From the NCBI GenBank assembly GCA_045601385.1, contig JAZRZM010000003.1, positions 60,308 through 124,307 on the forward strand: a stretch of 64,000 bases of DNA, read 5' to 3'. Positions 38,364 through 47,852 of this stretch are shown here, one piece after another. Each line of letters begins with the position of its first letter. Position 1 is the first letter of the stretch. The stretch is from Clostridia bacterium. Its GTDB lineage: Bacteria > Bacillota > Clostridia > Christensenellales > DTU072. The position numbers and the translations under genes are program-made. Below the pieces are notes generated by a model. It had not been told where the DNA came from and did not search any database. It saw only the letters and a list, made by a program, of their open reading frames with translations.

Positions 38364-39557
38364 ATGAAAGTACTTGTTGTTAACGCAGGAAGCAGTTCCT
38401 TAAAATATCAAGTCATCGAAATGGACACCGAAACGTGTCTTTGCTCGGGCGTCGTCGAAGATATCGGCGGACATAATCCGGGTGTTGTCTACAAAAAAGG
38501 AAAAGAAAAATTCGAAGAAAAAATGAACGTAACCGACCATACGATGGCTTTGAAAATCGTTATGGAAAAAATTTGCGATAAAGATATCGGCGTCATCGCC
38601 GATTTGTCGGAAATTAAAGCAGTAGGTCACAGAGTGCTGCACTCGGGCGAAGATTTTTGCGATAGCGTTCTTATTGACGATAAAGTTATTGACATTTGCA
38701 AGAAAAACGCCGTTTTCGGTCCTTTGCACATGCCGGCTAACATCGCGGGAATCGAAATTTGCCGCAAACTCATGCCCGGCGTTCCGCAAACAGCCGTCTT
38801 CGATACCAGTTTTCACTTGACGGCACCGCAATACGCCTACCAATACGGAATTCCTTATGCGGACTACGAGCAATACAAAATTCGCAAATACGGTTTTCAC
38901 GGCACGTCGCACAAATTCGTCAGCCAAACCGTCGCCGAAAAACTCGGAAAAGAAAACTGCAAAAAAATGATTACGTGCCACCTCGGGAACGGCAGTTCTC
39001 TCGCGGCAATTCTTGACGGAAAAGTGATCGATACTTCTATGGGACTGACGCCTCTCGAAGGTTTGGTCATGGGCACCCGTTGCGGCGATATCGATCCTGC
39101 CGTCGTTGAATTTTTGGCGAACACAAAAAAGATGAACGTTTCCGAAACGCTTACATATCTGAACAAAAAGAGCGGTTTTCTCGGAATATGCGGCGAATCC
39201 GATTGTCGCACGATTCAAAAAGCAATCGAAAACGGTGATAAAAAATCAAAACTTGCCATGGATATGTTTGCATACCGCGTCAAAAAATATATCGGAAGTT
39301 ATGTCGCCGCGCTGAACGGGCTCGACGTCCTTGTCTTTACCGGCGGTATAGGCGAGAACAGCGATTATGTACGCGATCTCATATTGCAAAATCTTGATTA
39401 TCTCGGCGTTGTTTACGACAAAGATCTGAACGCGAATGCAAAGAGAGGGGAATATAACGTCATCAGCAAACCCGAATCAAAGGTCAAAATCGTTATCCAA
39501 CCGACAAACGAAGAACTGGTTATTGCCCGTGACTCCGTTCGTTGCGGAAAATTATAA
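38364..39557 (+). CDS. ackA: Acetate kinase
   Basis: MKVLVVNAGSSSLKYQ.. with AGGAG RBS. The ORF-track start at 38283 overlaps the pta 3' end and is rejected. Confidence 0.95.
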   Translation: MKVLVVNAGSSSLKYQVIEMDTETCLCSGVVEDIGGHNPGVVYKKGKEKFEEKMNVTDHTMALKIVMEKICDKDIGVIADLSEIKAVGHRVLHSGEDFCDSVLIDDKVIDICKKNAVFGPLHMPANIAGIEICRKLMPGVPQTAVFDTSFHLTAPQYAYQYGIPYADYEQYKIRKYGFHGTSHKFVSQTVAEKLGKENCKKMITCHLGNGSSLAAILDGKVIDTSMGLTPLEGLVMGTRCGDIDPAVVEFLANTKKMNVSETLTYLNKKSGFLGICGESDCRTIQKAIENGDKKSKLAMDMFAYRVKKYIGSYVAALNGLDVLVFTGGIGENSDYVRDLILQNLDYLGVVYDKDLNANAKRGEYNVISKPESKVKIVIQPTNEELVIARDSVRCGKL

Positions 39558-39586
39558 GAATAATTCGGAATTATAGTTGAAAATTC

Positions 39587-39615
39587 TTGACAATAAACAA
39601 AAATTTCTATATAAT
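39587..39615 (+). promoter_or_regulatory. sigma-70-type promoter of rpmF-plsX-rnc
   Basis: TTGACA (39587-92), 17 nt spacer, TATAAT (39610-15). Confidence 0.7.
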
Positions 39616-39647
39616 TCTACAAGAATAACAAGCAGGGAGGTGCTAAT

Positions 39648-39833
39648 ATGGCCGTACCAAAGTCCAAAGTTTCCAAACAAAGAGGGAATACCCGTTTTGC
39701 CAATTGGAAATTGTGTCAACCGAATCTCGTAGAATGCAGCCAATGCCATTCTTTAATCGAACCTCATAAAGTATGTCCCAAATGCGGATATTACAAAGGT
39801 CAACCGGTAGTAATCAAAAAAGAAGAAAAATAA
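39648..39833 (+). CDS. rpmF: 50S ribosomal protein L32
   Basis: MAVPKSKVSKQRGNTRFANWKL.. with CxxC..CxxC zinc-ribbon form (CSQCH..CPKCG). Confidence 0.95.
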   Translation: MAVPKSKVSKQRGNTRFANWKLCQPNLVECSQCHSLIEPHKVCPKCGYYKGQPVVIKKEEK

Positions 39834-39864
39834 TTGATTCTTCCGTTAAAAAAAATGTAAAAAA

Positions 39865-39892
39865 GAAATAGAGACCTTTGCGTCTCTATTTC
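39865..39892. other. Perfect 11-bp hairpin between rpmF and plsX
   Basis: GAAATAGAGAC-CTTTGC-GTCTCTATTTC. It is preceded by an A-run and has no T-run after it on the plus strand. Confidence 0.7.
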
Positions 39893-39906
39893 CATATAGG
39901 AGAAAA

Positions 39907-40902
39907 ATGATAAAAGTCGTCGTGGATTTGTACGGAGGCGATTTTTCGCCGGAAGAAACCGTCAAAGGCGCTCTGCTTGCGCTTGAAAGAGACAATGATC
40001 TCGAAGTCGTCCTATGCGGTGACAAAGAGAAAACAAAGTCACTTTTAGGCGAAAAAGCGTCGGACAGCCGTATAGAAATACTGGACGCGCCGGGCGTAAT
40101 TACCAACGACGACGATCCCGTCGGCGCGGTCCGTTTCAAAAAGGATTCGTCTTTGATCGCCGGAATCGATTATTTATCGGCGAACGACGACGCAAAAGGC
40201 TTTGTTTCCACAGGCAGTTCGGGTGCGGTTTTGTCCGCCGCCGTTTTGTTGTCGAAAAGAATTCGCGGCGTCAACCGTCCTGCGCTTGCGCCCATTTTGC
40301 CGACGGTCATCGATGAAAAAAAAGTTATTTTAATCGACTGCGGCGTCAATACCGAACCGAAAGCGAATAATCTATTGCAATTCGCCCAAATGGGCGTAGG
40401 ATATGCCAAATTAAACGGGGTACAAAATCCCAAAGTAGGTTTGCTCAGCAACGGCGCAGAGGATAAAAAAGGAAACACGCTTACCAAAGAGGCTTTTTCG
40501 CTATTGAAAGAAAGCAATCTGAATTTTGTCGGTAATATCGAAGCGCGCGAAATACTTTCGGGCGACATTGACGTTCTTGTTTCGGACGGTTTTTCGGGAA
40601 ACATCGCCCTAAAAGCATGCGAAGGAACGGCTCTTTCGATGTTTTCATTGATAAAAGACGGCATTATGAAAGGCGGTATTCGCGCAAAAATAGGCTATCT
40701 GCTATTGAAACCCGTTTTGAAAAAAATCAAACACACGATGGACTATAACGAATACGGCGGAGCGGTGCTTGTCGGGCTTGAAAAAGTAATCGTAAAAGCG
40801 CACGGCTCATCCAAAGCAAACGCCGTCGCCAACGCTATTCTGCAAGTAAAAAGCCTTGCCGAAAAGAATCTGCCGGCATATATCGCACAAGAAATACAAT
40901 GA
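39907..40902 (+). CDS. plsX: Phosphate acyltransferase PlsX
   Basis: MIKVVVDLYGGD..; family-typical sequence throughout; conserved position after rpmF. Confidence 0.93.
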   Translation: MIKVVVDLYGGDFSPEETVKGALLALERDNDLEVVLCGDKEKTKSLLGEKASDSRIEILDAPGVITNDDDPVGAVRFKKDSSLIAGIDYLSANDDAKGFVSTGSSGAVLSAAVLLSKRIRGVNRPALAPILPTVIDEKKVILIDCGVNTEPKANNLLQFAQMGVGYAKLNGVQNPKVGLLSNGAEDKKGNTLTKEAFSLLKESNLNFVGNIEAREILSGDIDVLVSDGFSGNIALKACEGTALSMFSLIKDGIMKGGIRAKIGYLLLKPVLKKIKHTMDYNEYGGAVLVGLEKVIVKAHGSSKANAVANAILQVKSLAEKNLPAYIAQEIQ

Positions 40903-41567
40903 TAGATTACGATACGATAGAAAAAAAACTCGGATATGTTTTTTCCGATCGACGTCTTCTCGAAACAGCGTTGACTCATTCTTCTTTTTCTCACGATAAA
41001 GGGAACAAAAACAACTACGAGCGCTTGGAGTTTGTCGGGGACGCTCTACTTGACTATTGGGTCGGATTATATCTTTTTGAACATTTTCCGGACAAAAAAG
41101 AGGGAGAACTGACAAAACTTCGCGCAAATCTCGTCCGAGAAGAAACGCTGTCGGAGATATGCGACAAACTCGACCTTATGAAATATCTTCGTATGTCGGA
41201 GGGACAACAACAAAACCCGATTTTTTCATCGCGCGCCGTTCGGTGCGATGTATTTGAAGCCGTACTCGGAGCCGTTTTACTCGATTCGGGGAAGAATGTT
41301 TCCGTTTGCGGAAAAATCATTGAAAAATTCGTTTTACCTTATTTGAAAACAGATTTTACCGATTATAAATCGGCTTTATACGAATGGGCGGCAAAAAGCG
41401 GCAAGCAACCGACTTTTTGTTCCGAGACAATCGAACATAACGGTGAAAAGCAGTATTTTGTCATCCTGTCCATCGACGGAACGGAAGTTTCGACCGGTTG
41501 CGGTTTGAACAAAAAGAAAGCGGAAACCGAAGCGTGTCGTTCTTATTTGAAAAACATTCAAAAATAA
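40899..41567 (+). CDS. rnc: Ribonuclease III
   Basis: Signature ERLEFVGDALLD plus a C-terminal dsRBD. ATGA overlap with plsX. Confidence 0.93.
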   Translation: MIDYDTIEKKLGYVFSDRRLLETALTHSSFSHDKGNKNNYERLEFVGDALLDYWVGLYLFEHFPDKKEGELTKLRANLVREETLSEICDKLDLMKYLRMSEGQQQNPIFSSRAVRCDVFEAVLGAVLLDSGKNVSVCGKIIEKFVLPYLKTDFTDYKSALYEWAAKSGKQPTFCSETIEHNGEKQYFVILSIDGTEVSTGCGLNKKKAETEACRSYLKNIQK

Positions 41568-41590
41568 ATTATTTTTTTGCATATTTTTGC

Positions 41591-41618
41591 TTGACATCGG
41601 ATAGAATAATGATATAAT
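41591..41618 (+). promoter_or_regulatory. sigma-70-type promoter of the hrcA-grpE-dnaK-dnaJ operon
   Basis: TTGACA (41591-96), 16 nt spacer, TATAAT (41613-18). Confidence 0.7.
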
Positions 41619-41622
41619 TGAT

Positions 41623-41649
41623 TTAGCAGTCAAACAAAGTGACTGCTAA
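41623..41649. promoter_or_regulatory. CIRCE-type HrcA operator (variant, perfect palindrome)
   Basis: TTAGCAGTC-AAACAAAGT-GACTGCTAA lies immediately downstream of the -10 box. Canonical CIRCE is TTAGCACTC-N9-GAGTGCTAA. Confidence 0.85.
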
Positions 41650-41678
41650 CAGACTGAAAGCCGATTGCCAGAGGAAAT

Positions 41679-42704
41679 ATGAGTAGCGAAACACTTTCCG
41701 AAAGAAAACAAAAAATATTGAAAGCGGTCGTTGACGAATACATCGTCAGCGCTTCTCCCATTTCGTCGGGCGAAATACAAACCAAGCATTTTCCGTCCAT
41801 CAGCAGTGCGACGATACGAAACGAACTTTCCGCGCTGGAAGAAATGGGATACTTGATACAACCGCATATTTCCGCGGGCAGAATTCCGTCCAAAAAGGCA
41901 TACTCTTTATACGTAGAGCGTTTCGTCGAAAAAGCGCCGCTGTCCAATAAAGAAGTGGCAATGATCGAGACCGCTTTTCGGGATCGGTTCGGAGAAGTGG
42001 AAGACATCGTCCGTAGGACGGCAAAAGTAATCAGCGATATGACCAATTATACTTCGGTCATTGTGTTAAATAATGTCGAAGAAGTCAACCTGAAAGAGAT
42101 AAAACTCGTCGGGCTGGACGAAAGAAGTCTGCTTGTTATCATTATTACCGACAACGGCATTATTCGCGACAAAGTCGTTACTCTTTCAAACGAAATCGAC
42201 GAAACGTACGTACGCGACGCCAATGCGCTTATCAATAAAATCTTTTCGGGAAAAACCCTTGGAGAAATCAAATCGCCGCAAGAAATGATCGACGCCGAAC
42301 TACAAGAATTCAGAGAACTGTACGAACTTGTTCTGGAAATACTGAAAGCGTACTGTCGAAGCGAAGAAAACGTCATTATGGAAGGGCGGAGCAAGTTTTT
42401 GGAAAGCCCGGATCAAAGTCTGGAATCGACAAAAGACTTTTTATCGGTAATCGATACGCAGGAACAACTCGTCGATCTCATAGAAAACGGCGACGGGATC
42501 GAATACAGCGTCAAAATCGGAAAAGACGAAAACGGCGGAATCGATCGATGCGCCATTATCACGGCAAAATATCGCTATAAAGGAAAGGAAATCGGTTCTG
42601 CGGGCGTTATCGGTCCCGAAAGAATGGATTACGGCAAGGTAATCAGCGTTTTAGAAACGGTTCGTAAGACCATAGAAGATATAAACGGAGGCAACGATGA
42701 CTGA
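41679..42704 (+). CDS. hrcA: Heat-inducible transcription repressor HrcA
   Basis: LSERKQKILKAVVDEYIVSASPISSGEI.. N-terminal winged helix, and position ahead of grpE-dnaK-dnaJ. Confidence 0.93.
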   Translation: MSSETLSERKQKILKAVVDEYIVSASPISSGEIQTKHFPSISSATIRNELSALEEMGYLIQPHISAGRIPSKKAYSLYVERFVEKAPLSNKEVAMIETAFRDRFGEVEDIVRRTAKVISDMTNYTSVIVLNNVEEVNLKEIKLVGLDERSLLVIIITDNGIIRDKVVTLSNEIDETYVRDANALINKIFSGKTLGEIKSPQEMIDAELQEFRELYELVLEILKAYCRSEENVIMEGRSKFLESPDQSLESTKDFLSVIDTQEQLVDLIENGDGIEYSVKIGKDENGGIDRCAIITAKYRYKGKEIGSAGVIGPERMDYGKVISVLETVRKTIEDINGGNDD

Positions 42705-43233
42705 AAAAAAGAAGAAGACAAAAGAGGAAGAAATCAAAAAAGCAGAAGAAAAGACGGAAGAATTGAACGAAAATTCCGAACCGATACAAATTCCGTCCGA
42801 TGACGCGGAAATAACGGATAAAAAAAGCGAAGCGGATGAATACAAGGATATGTTACAGCGACTTCAAGCCGAATTCGACAATTACAGAAAACGTAATCAA
42901 GAATCGATCAAGACGGCGAGAAACGACGGCATAAACGAGATGATTTTAGAACTTCTTCCCGTTATGGACAGTTTTGAAAGGGGGCTGGGCACGGTGGAAG
43001 AAAGCGCGAAAGCGGGTTTGGAACTGATTTGCAAACAACTCGGAAATCTTCTTACCAAATACGGCGTAGAAGAAATCGACGCACTCGGAAAAGATTTTGA
43101 TCCGAATTATCATCATGCCATCGCACAATGCGAAGACGCCGAAAACGCAAATAAAGTAGTAGAAGTATTTCAAAAAGGCTATATAAGAAAAGAAAAAGTG
43201 TTACGCGCCGCTTTGGTGAAAGTAGCACAATAA
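42697..43233 (+). CDS. grpE: Nucleotide exchange factor GrpE
   Basis: ..LQRLQAEFDNYRKR.. and ..FDPNYHHAI.. motifs. Confidence 0.93.
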   Translation: MTEKKKKTKEEEIKKAEEKTEELNENSEPIQIPSDDAEITDKKSEADEYKDMLQRLQAEFDNYRKRNQESIKTARNDGINEMILELLPVMDSFERGLGTVEESAKAGLELICKQLGNLLTKYGVEEIDALGKDFDPNYHHAIAQCEDAENANKVVEVFQKGYIRKEKVLRAALVKVAQ

Positions 43234-43258
43234 CAAAAAGTAAAGGAGGACTTTTTTT

Positions 43259-45079
43259 ATGGCTAAAATAATCGGTATCGACCTTGGCACCACGAACTCG
43301 TGCGTAGCCGTAATGGAAGGCGGCGAAGCCGTCGTCATCCCGAACGCGGAAGGAGCGAGAACGACTCCGTCCGTCGTCGGTTTTGCAAAAGACGGTCAAC
43401 GCCTTATCGGTCAAGTGGCAAAACGTCAAGCCGTCGTCAATCCCGAAAAGACAATCGCGTCTATCAAAAGAGAAATGGGAACGTCGCACAAAGTAAACAT
43501 CGACGACAAATCGTATACGCCGCAGGAAATATCGGCAATGATTTTGTCCAAACTGAAACAAGACGCAGAGACCTATCTCGGACAAAAAGTTTCGCAGGCG
43601 GTTATTACCGTACCCGCTTATTTTTCAGACAGCCAACGTCAAGCGACGAAAGACGCCGGAAAAATAGCCGGACTCGAAGTTTTGCGCATCATCAACGAAC
43701 CGACTGCGGCGGCACTCAGTTACGGACTCGATAAAGAAGCGAGCAATCAAAAAATTCTGATATACGACCTCGGCGGCGGTACGTTCGACGTATCTATTCT
43801 CGAACTCGGCGACGGCGTATTCGAAGTACTTGCCACCAACGGCGATACGAAACTGGGCGGAGACGACTTCGATAACGAAATCATCAAGTGGGTTGTGTCC
43901 GAATTCAAAAAAGACTCGGGTATCGATTTGACTTCCGATAAAATGGCGATGCAACGCGTTAAGGAAGCGGCTGAAAAAGCAAAAATCGAATTGTCCGGAA
44001 TTCAGCAGGCGAATATCAACCTGCCTTTTATCACCGTCGGACCGAACGGACCGATGCACATCGATATGAACCTCACGAAAGCAAAATTCGACGATATGAC
44101 CGAATTTTTGGTCAAAAAGACGATTACGCCGACGTTGCAAGCCTTGAAAGACGCAGGACTTAACGCAAGTCAAATCGATAAAGTCGTATTGGTCGGCGGC
44201 TCTACCCGTATCCCCGCCGTATATCAAGCGGTCAAAAATCTGATCGGAAAAGATCCGTACAAGGGCATCAACCCCGACGAATGCGTCGCGCTCGGCGCGG
44301 CTATACAGGCAGGCGTTCTTGCCGGAGACGTCAAAGACGTCCTTCTCCTCGACGTAACGCCTCTTTCGCTCGGTATCGAAACGATGGGTGGCGTCTTTAC
44401 CAAACTGATCGACAGAAACACCACGATTCCGACGAAAAAATCGCAAATATTCAGCACGGCAAGCGATAACCAGACGAGCGTCGATATTCACGTTCTGCAA
44501 GGTGAAAGAGCCATGGCTGCCGATAATAAGACGCTTGGCAGATTCGAACTGACCGGTATTCCGCCGGCGATGAGAGGCATTCCGCAAATCGAAGTTACTT
44601 TCGATATCGACGCGAACGGTATCGTCAGTGTTACGGCTTTGGATAAAGGTACGAACAAATCGAATAATATCACAATCACCGCTTCGTCCAATCTGACGGA
44701 AGACGATATCGATAAAGCGGTTAAAGAAGCGGAAAAATACGCCGAAGAAGACAAAAAACGCAGAGAACTGATCGACATGAAGAACAATGCGGAACAGTTG
44801 ATTCTTGCCGTGGATAAAACCGTAGCCGAATCGGGCGACAAGATTTCTCCCGAAGAAAAAACGACGCTCGAAGAAGCCTCCAAAACGGCAAAAGACAAAC
44901 TTGCCAACGCGACGACGGCGGACGACGTCAAGGCCTTGACCGAAGAACTCAGCAAGACAACCAACCCCATCTTCACCAAACTCTATCAACAAGCGCAGGC
45001 AGCCGGACAAACCGGCGGCGAAGGCGCAGGTATGGGCGACGACAGCACGATCAATATCAACCCCGACGATATTAAGTAA
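43259..45079 (+). CDS. dnaK: Molecular chaperone DnaK (Hsp70)
   Basis: [36 protein letters not shown] motifs. Confidence 0.98.
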   Translation: MAKIIGIDLGTTNSCVAVMEGGEAVVIPNAEGARTTPSVVGFAKDGQRLIGQVAKRQAVVNPEKTIASIKREMGTSHKVNIDDKSYTPQEISAMILSKLKQDAETYLGQKVSQAVITVPAYFSDSQRQATKDAGKIAGLEVLRIINEPTAAALSYGLDKEASNQKILIYDLGGGTFDVSILELGDGVFEVLATNGDTKLGGDDFDNEIIKWVVSEFKKDSGIDLTSDKMAMQRVKEAAEKAKIELSGIQQANINLPFITVGPNGPMHIDMNLTKAKFDDMTEFLVKKTITPTLQALKDAGLNASQIDKVVLVGGSTRIPAVYQAVKNLIGKDPYKGINPDECVALGAAIQAGVLAGDVKDVLLLDVTPLSLGIETMGGVFTKLIDRNTTIPTKKSQIFSTASDNQTSVDIHVLQGERAMAADNKTLGRFELTGIPPAMRGIPQIEVTFDIDANGIVSVTALDKGTNKSNNITITASSNLTEDDIDKAVKEAEKYAEEDKKRRELIDMKNNAEQLILAVDKTVAESGDKISPEEKTTLEEASKTAKDKLANATTADDVKALTEELSKTTNPIFTKLYQQAQAAGQTGGEGAGMGDDSTININPDDIK

Positions 45080-45084
45080 AAAAA

Positions 45085-46224
45085 ATGGCAGAAAAAGATT
45101 ATTACGGGATATTAGGTTTGGAAAAAACGGCGAATGCGGACGAAATTAAGTCCGCATATCGTCGTTTGGCAAAAAAATATCATCCCGACGTTTATGCGAC
45201 GGCGAGCGACGCCGAAAAAAAGAACGCAGAAGAAAAATTCAAAGAAGTACAGCACGCATACGACGTTTTGAGCGATCCGCAGAAAAAAGCCGCATACGAT
45301 CAATACGGAAGCGAGGACGGACCGATGGGCGGAGGCGGAGCGGGATTTAACCCGTTCGGCGGAGGCGGCGGTTTTGACTTTTTCTCCGATATTATCAATA
45401 ATTTTACCGGGGGCGGCAGAGCAAGTCGTTCGCAAGACAGAGACGGAGACGACATAGAAGTCGCCGTCAATCTTGCTTTCAAAGAAGCCTGTTTCGGTGC
45501 AAAAGACAAAGAAATTCATTATACCCGTATCGAACGTTGTTCGGCTTGTAACGGTTCGGGCGCAAGTAACCCGAATGCCGTTCGGACCTGCTCCAAATGT
45601 GGCGGTTCGGGGGTAATTAACGTACAAAAAAGAACAATGTTCGGTGTGATGAGTTCGCAAATGGTCTGTGACGCATGTGGCGGATCGGGTAAAGCCATCA
45701 CCGAAAAGTGCCGCGAATGTTCGGGGAAAGGACGAATTCGTCGTCAAAGAATGCTGAAAGTCAACATCCCTGCGGGCATAGACAACGGTCAGATGATGAC
45801 TATACGCGGGGAAGGTTGCGCGCCTGCGTCACTTCGCGGGGAATTCGGTAATCTCGTACTGGTCTTCCGTGTAGCGCCTCACGCGCTCTTTGCACGCGAA
45901 GGCACAAATATCAGTTTTGAATTGCCGATTACCGTCACACAGGCGGCTTTGGGCGCAAAAATCACGATTCCCACACTGAACGGTACGACGCAGATAGAAA
46001 TACCGGAGGGTACGCAAAACGGAACCGTTCTTCGCGTGAAAGGCAAGGGAATAAAAGACTTGCGCAGGGAAGCGTACGGCGACTTGTATATTCACATTAT
46101 CGTCGATATTCCGAAAAATCTTAACAGGAAGCAACGGGATATACTCGAAGAAGCGCAGAGTGTACTGGAAAAAGCACGCTATGATAAAATAGAAAAATAC
46201 AATAAAACATTGCGGGATTTATAA
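45085..46224 (+). CDS. dnaJ: Molecular chaperone DnaJ
   Basis: J domain with HPD, a G/F region, and four CxxCxGxG repeats (CSACNGSG, CSKCGGSG, CDACGGSG, CRECSGKG). Confidence 0.97.
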   Translation: MAEKDYYGILGLEKTANADEIKSAYRRLAKKYHPDVYATASDAEKKNAEEKFKEVQHAYDVLSDPQKKAAYDQYGSEDGPMGGGGAGFNPFGGGGGFDFFSDIINNFTGGGRASRSQDRDGDDIEVAVNLAFKEACFGAKDKEIHYTRIERCSACNGSGASNPNAVRTCSKCGGSGVINVQKRTMFGVMSSQMVCDACGGSGKAITEKCRECSGKGRIRRQRMLKVNIPAGIDNGQMMTIRGEGCAPASLRGEFGNLVLVFRVAPHALFAREGTNISFELPITVTQAALGAKITIPTLNGTTQIEIPEGTQNGTVLRVKGKGIKDLRREAYGDLYIHIIVDIPKNLNRKQRDILEEAQSVLEKARYDKIEKYNKTLRDL

Positions 46225-46228
46225 AAAA

Positions 46229-47143
46229 ATGAAATGGTATGAAGTCATCGTAAACACCACTTCGGAAGGCACCGACTTAATGGCCGATGCCTTTTTTTCC
46301 GTCGGATGCGAAGGTGTAAAGATTTTAGATAAAAACGACGCCCTCGACGTCGTCAACAATACGTCTTTATGGGACTATATCGACAACGATTTATTGCAAG
46401 CGGACAATACGGCTCGCGTAAGCGGTTTTTTCCCCATAAACGAATCCAAACAAAAAGTAGAAGAGTTCAAAAAAATTTGCTTTGACCGCGGTTTGTCGGT
46501 AGGAGAAATCAATATCGTCGAGGTCGAAGACACCGATTGGTATGACAATTGGAAAAAATATTATGCGCCCATTCACGCCGGAAAATATCACATCGTTCCC
46601 AAATGGCTTCATGACGATATTCCCGAAGATTCCGTTCGCATTCTGATCGATCCGGGCATGGCTTTCGGGACAGGTGCGCACGAATCGACGAAAATGTGCC
46701 TTTTGCTTATGAGTGAAAACGTGTTTACGGATAAGAAAGTAATCGACGTCGGCACCGGAAGCGGAATACTCGGTACGGCGGCGCTTCTTTCCGGGGCTTC
46801 GTCGTGTTATATGTGCGACATTGACGAAATAGCCGTTAAAGCCGCAATAGATAATGCCGAATTAAACGGCGTAACGGAAAAAGCGGTTATAGAACAAGCG
46901 GATTTGCTCGAAAAAAGCGATATGACGGGCGATATTGTCCTCGCAAACCTTACGGCGGATATTTTGGAAAAACTCGCCGACGGCTTAAAAAATCATATCG
47001 AAAAAGGAGGCGTACTGATTTGTTCGGGAATCATACATGAAAGAATCGAAGACGTGCGCACCGCGTTCGATAAAGCCGGGCTTATGTTTGATAAAATGAT
47101 AACGATGGGCGAATGGGACGCTATGCAATTCCATAAAGAATAA
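46229..47143 (+). CDS. prmA: Ribosomal protein L11 methyltransferase
   Basis: MKWYEV.. N-terminus, SAM motif DVGTGSGIL, and position after dnaJ. Confidence 0.9.
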   Translation: MKWYEVIVNTTSEGTDLMADAFFSVGCEGVKILDKNDALDVVNNTSLWDYIDNDLLQADNTARVSGFFPINESKQKVEEFKKICFDRGLSVGEINIVEVEDTDWYDNWKKYYAPIHAGKYHIVPKWLHDDIPEDSVRILIDPGMAFGTGAHESTKMCLLLMSENVFTDKKVIDVGTGSGILGTAALLSGASSCYMCDIDEIAVKAAIDNAELNGVTEKAVIEQADLLEKSDMTGDIVLANLTADILEKLADGLKNHIEKGGVLICSGIIHERIEDVRTAFDKAGLMFDKMITMGEWDAMQFHKE

Positions 47144-47147
47144 AAAA

Positions 47148-47852
47148 ATGGACTTAAAGAGATTTTTTACCGAAACGCCGATTATCGGAGATAAAGCCTA
47201 TTTGACGGGGAAAGAATGCTACCATGCCGTCAAGGTTATACGCGTCAAACCCGGCTATAAACTGATTCTTTGCGACGGGACGCCGTTTGATTTTTACGGA
47301 ACGGTCGTGGCAACAAGCAAAGATTCGGTCGAAGTAAAAATCGAAAAAAAAGTCCCGAACGAGACGGAAATCGAAGAAGAAATAACGCTTTATATCGGCG
47401 CGAATAAAGATCTCGATACAGTAACCCAAAAAGCCGTGGAAATGGGCGTAAAAAAGATCGTTCCGTTTACTTCGGCGCATTGTAACGTGGCGACCGTCAA
47501 CACCGAAAGGATGCGCTCGATTGTCCTCGAATCAAGCAAACAATGCGGAAGAAGCACTCTCGCCGAGTTTTGCGACGTAATTACTTTTGACGATTTGCTT
47601 AAAATCGATTCTAAAAACGTCCTCGCTTTCTACGAATACGAACGGAACAACCGTATCTGCGAACAAACGATCGAAAAAAACAAACCCATTTCGTTGATAA
47701 TCGGATGCGAAGGCGGATTCTCCGTTGAAGAATACGAAAAAATGAAAAAAAATAACTTCCGCACACTGACGCTCGGCAAAAGAATACTCCGCGTCGGAAC
47801 GGCGGTTGTAGCCGCATGCGCATTGATAAACGAACGGCTCGGTGAAATATGA
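47148..47852 (+). CDS. rsmE: 16S rRNA (uracil1498-N3)-methyltransferase RsmE
   Basis: RFF.. N-terminus with a PUA-like fold, C-terminal SPOUT motif LIIGCEGGFS..LTLGKRILR. Confidence 0.88.
   Translation: MDLKRFFTETPIIGDKAYLTGKECYHAVKVIRVKPGYKLILCDGTPFDFYGTVVATSKDSVEVKIEKKVPNETEIEEEITLYIGANKDLDTVTQKAVEMGVKKIVPFTSAHCNVATVNTERMRSIVLESSKQCGRSTLAEFCDVITFDDLLKIDSKNVLAFYEYERNNRICEQTIEKNKPISLIIGCEGGFSVEEYEKMKKNNFRTLTLGKRILRVGTAVVAACALINERLGEI

Noticed and set aside
37258-39218. 316-aa and 272-aa ORFs antisense to pta and ackA
   Set aside because: Same pattern: mirror-frame ORFs opposite strongly supported genes, with no start context and no motifs.
43625-45010. 461-aa ORF antisense to dnaK
   Set aside because: Long stop-free antisense frames opposite hsp70 are a well-known by-product of its codon and amino-acid bias. 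The translation is low-complexity (Arg/Phe/Val-rich), has no RBS or promoter, and dnaK on the other strand is unambiguous.
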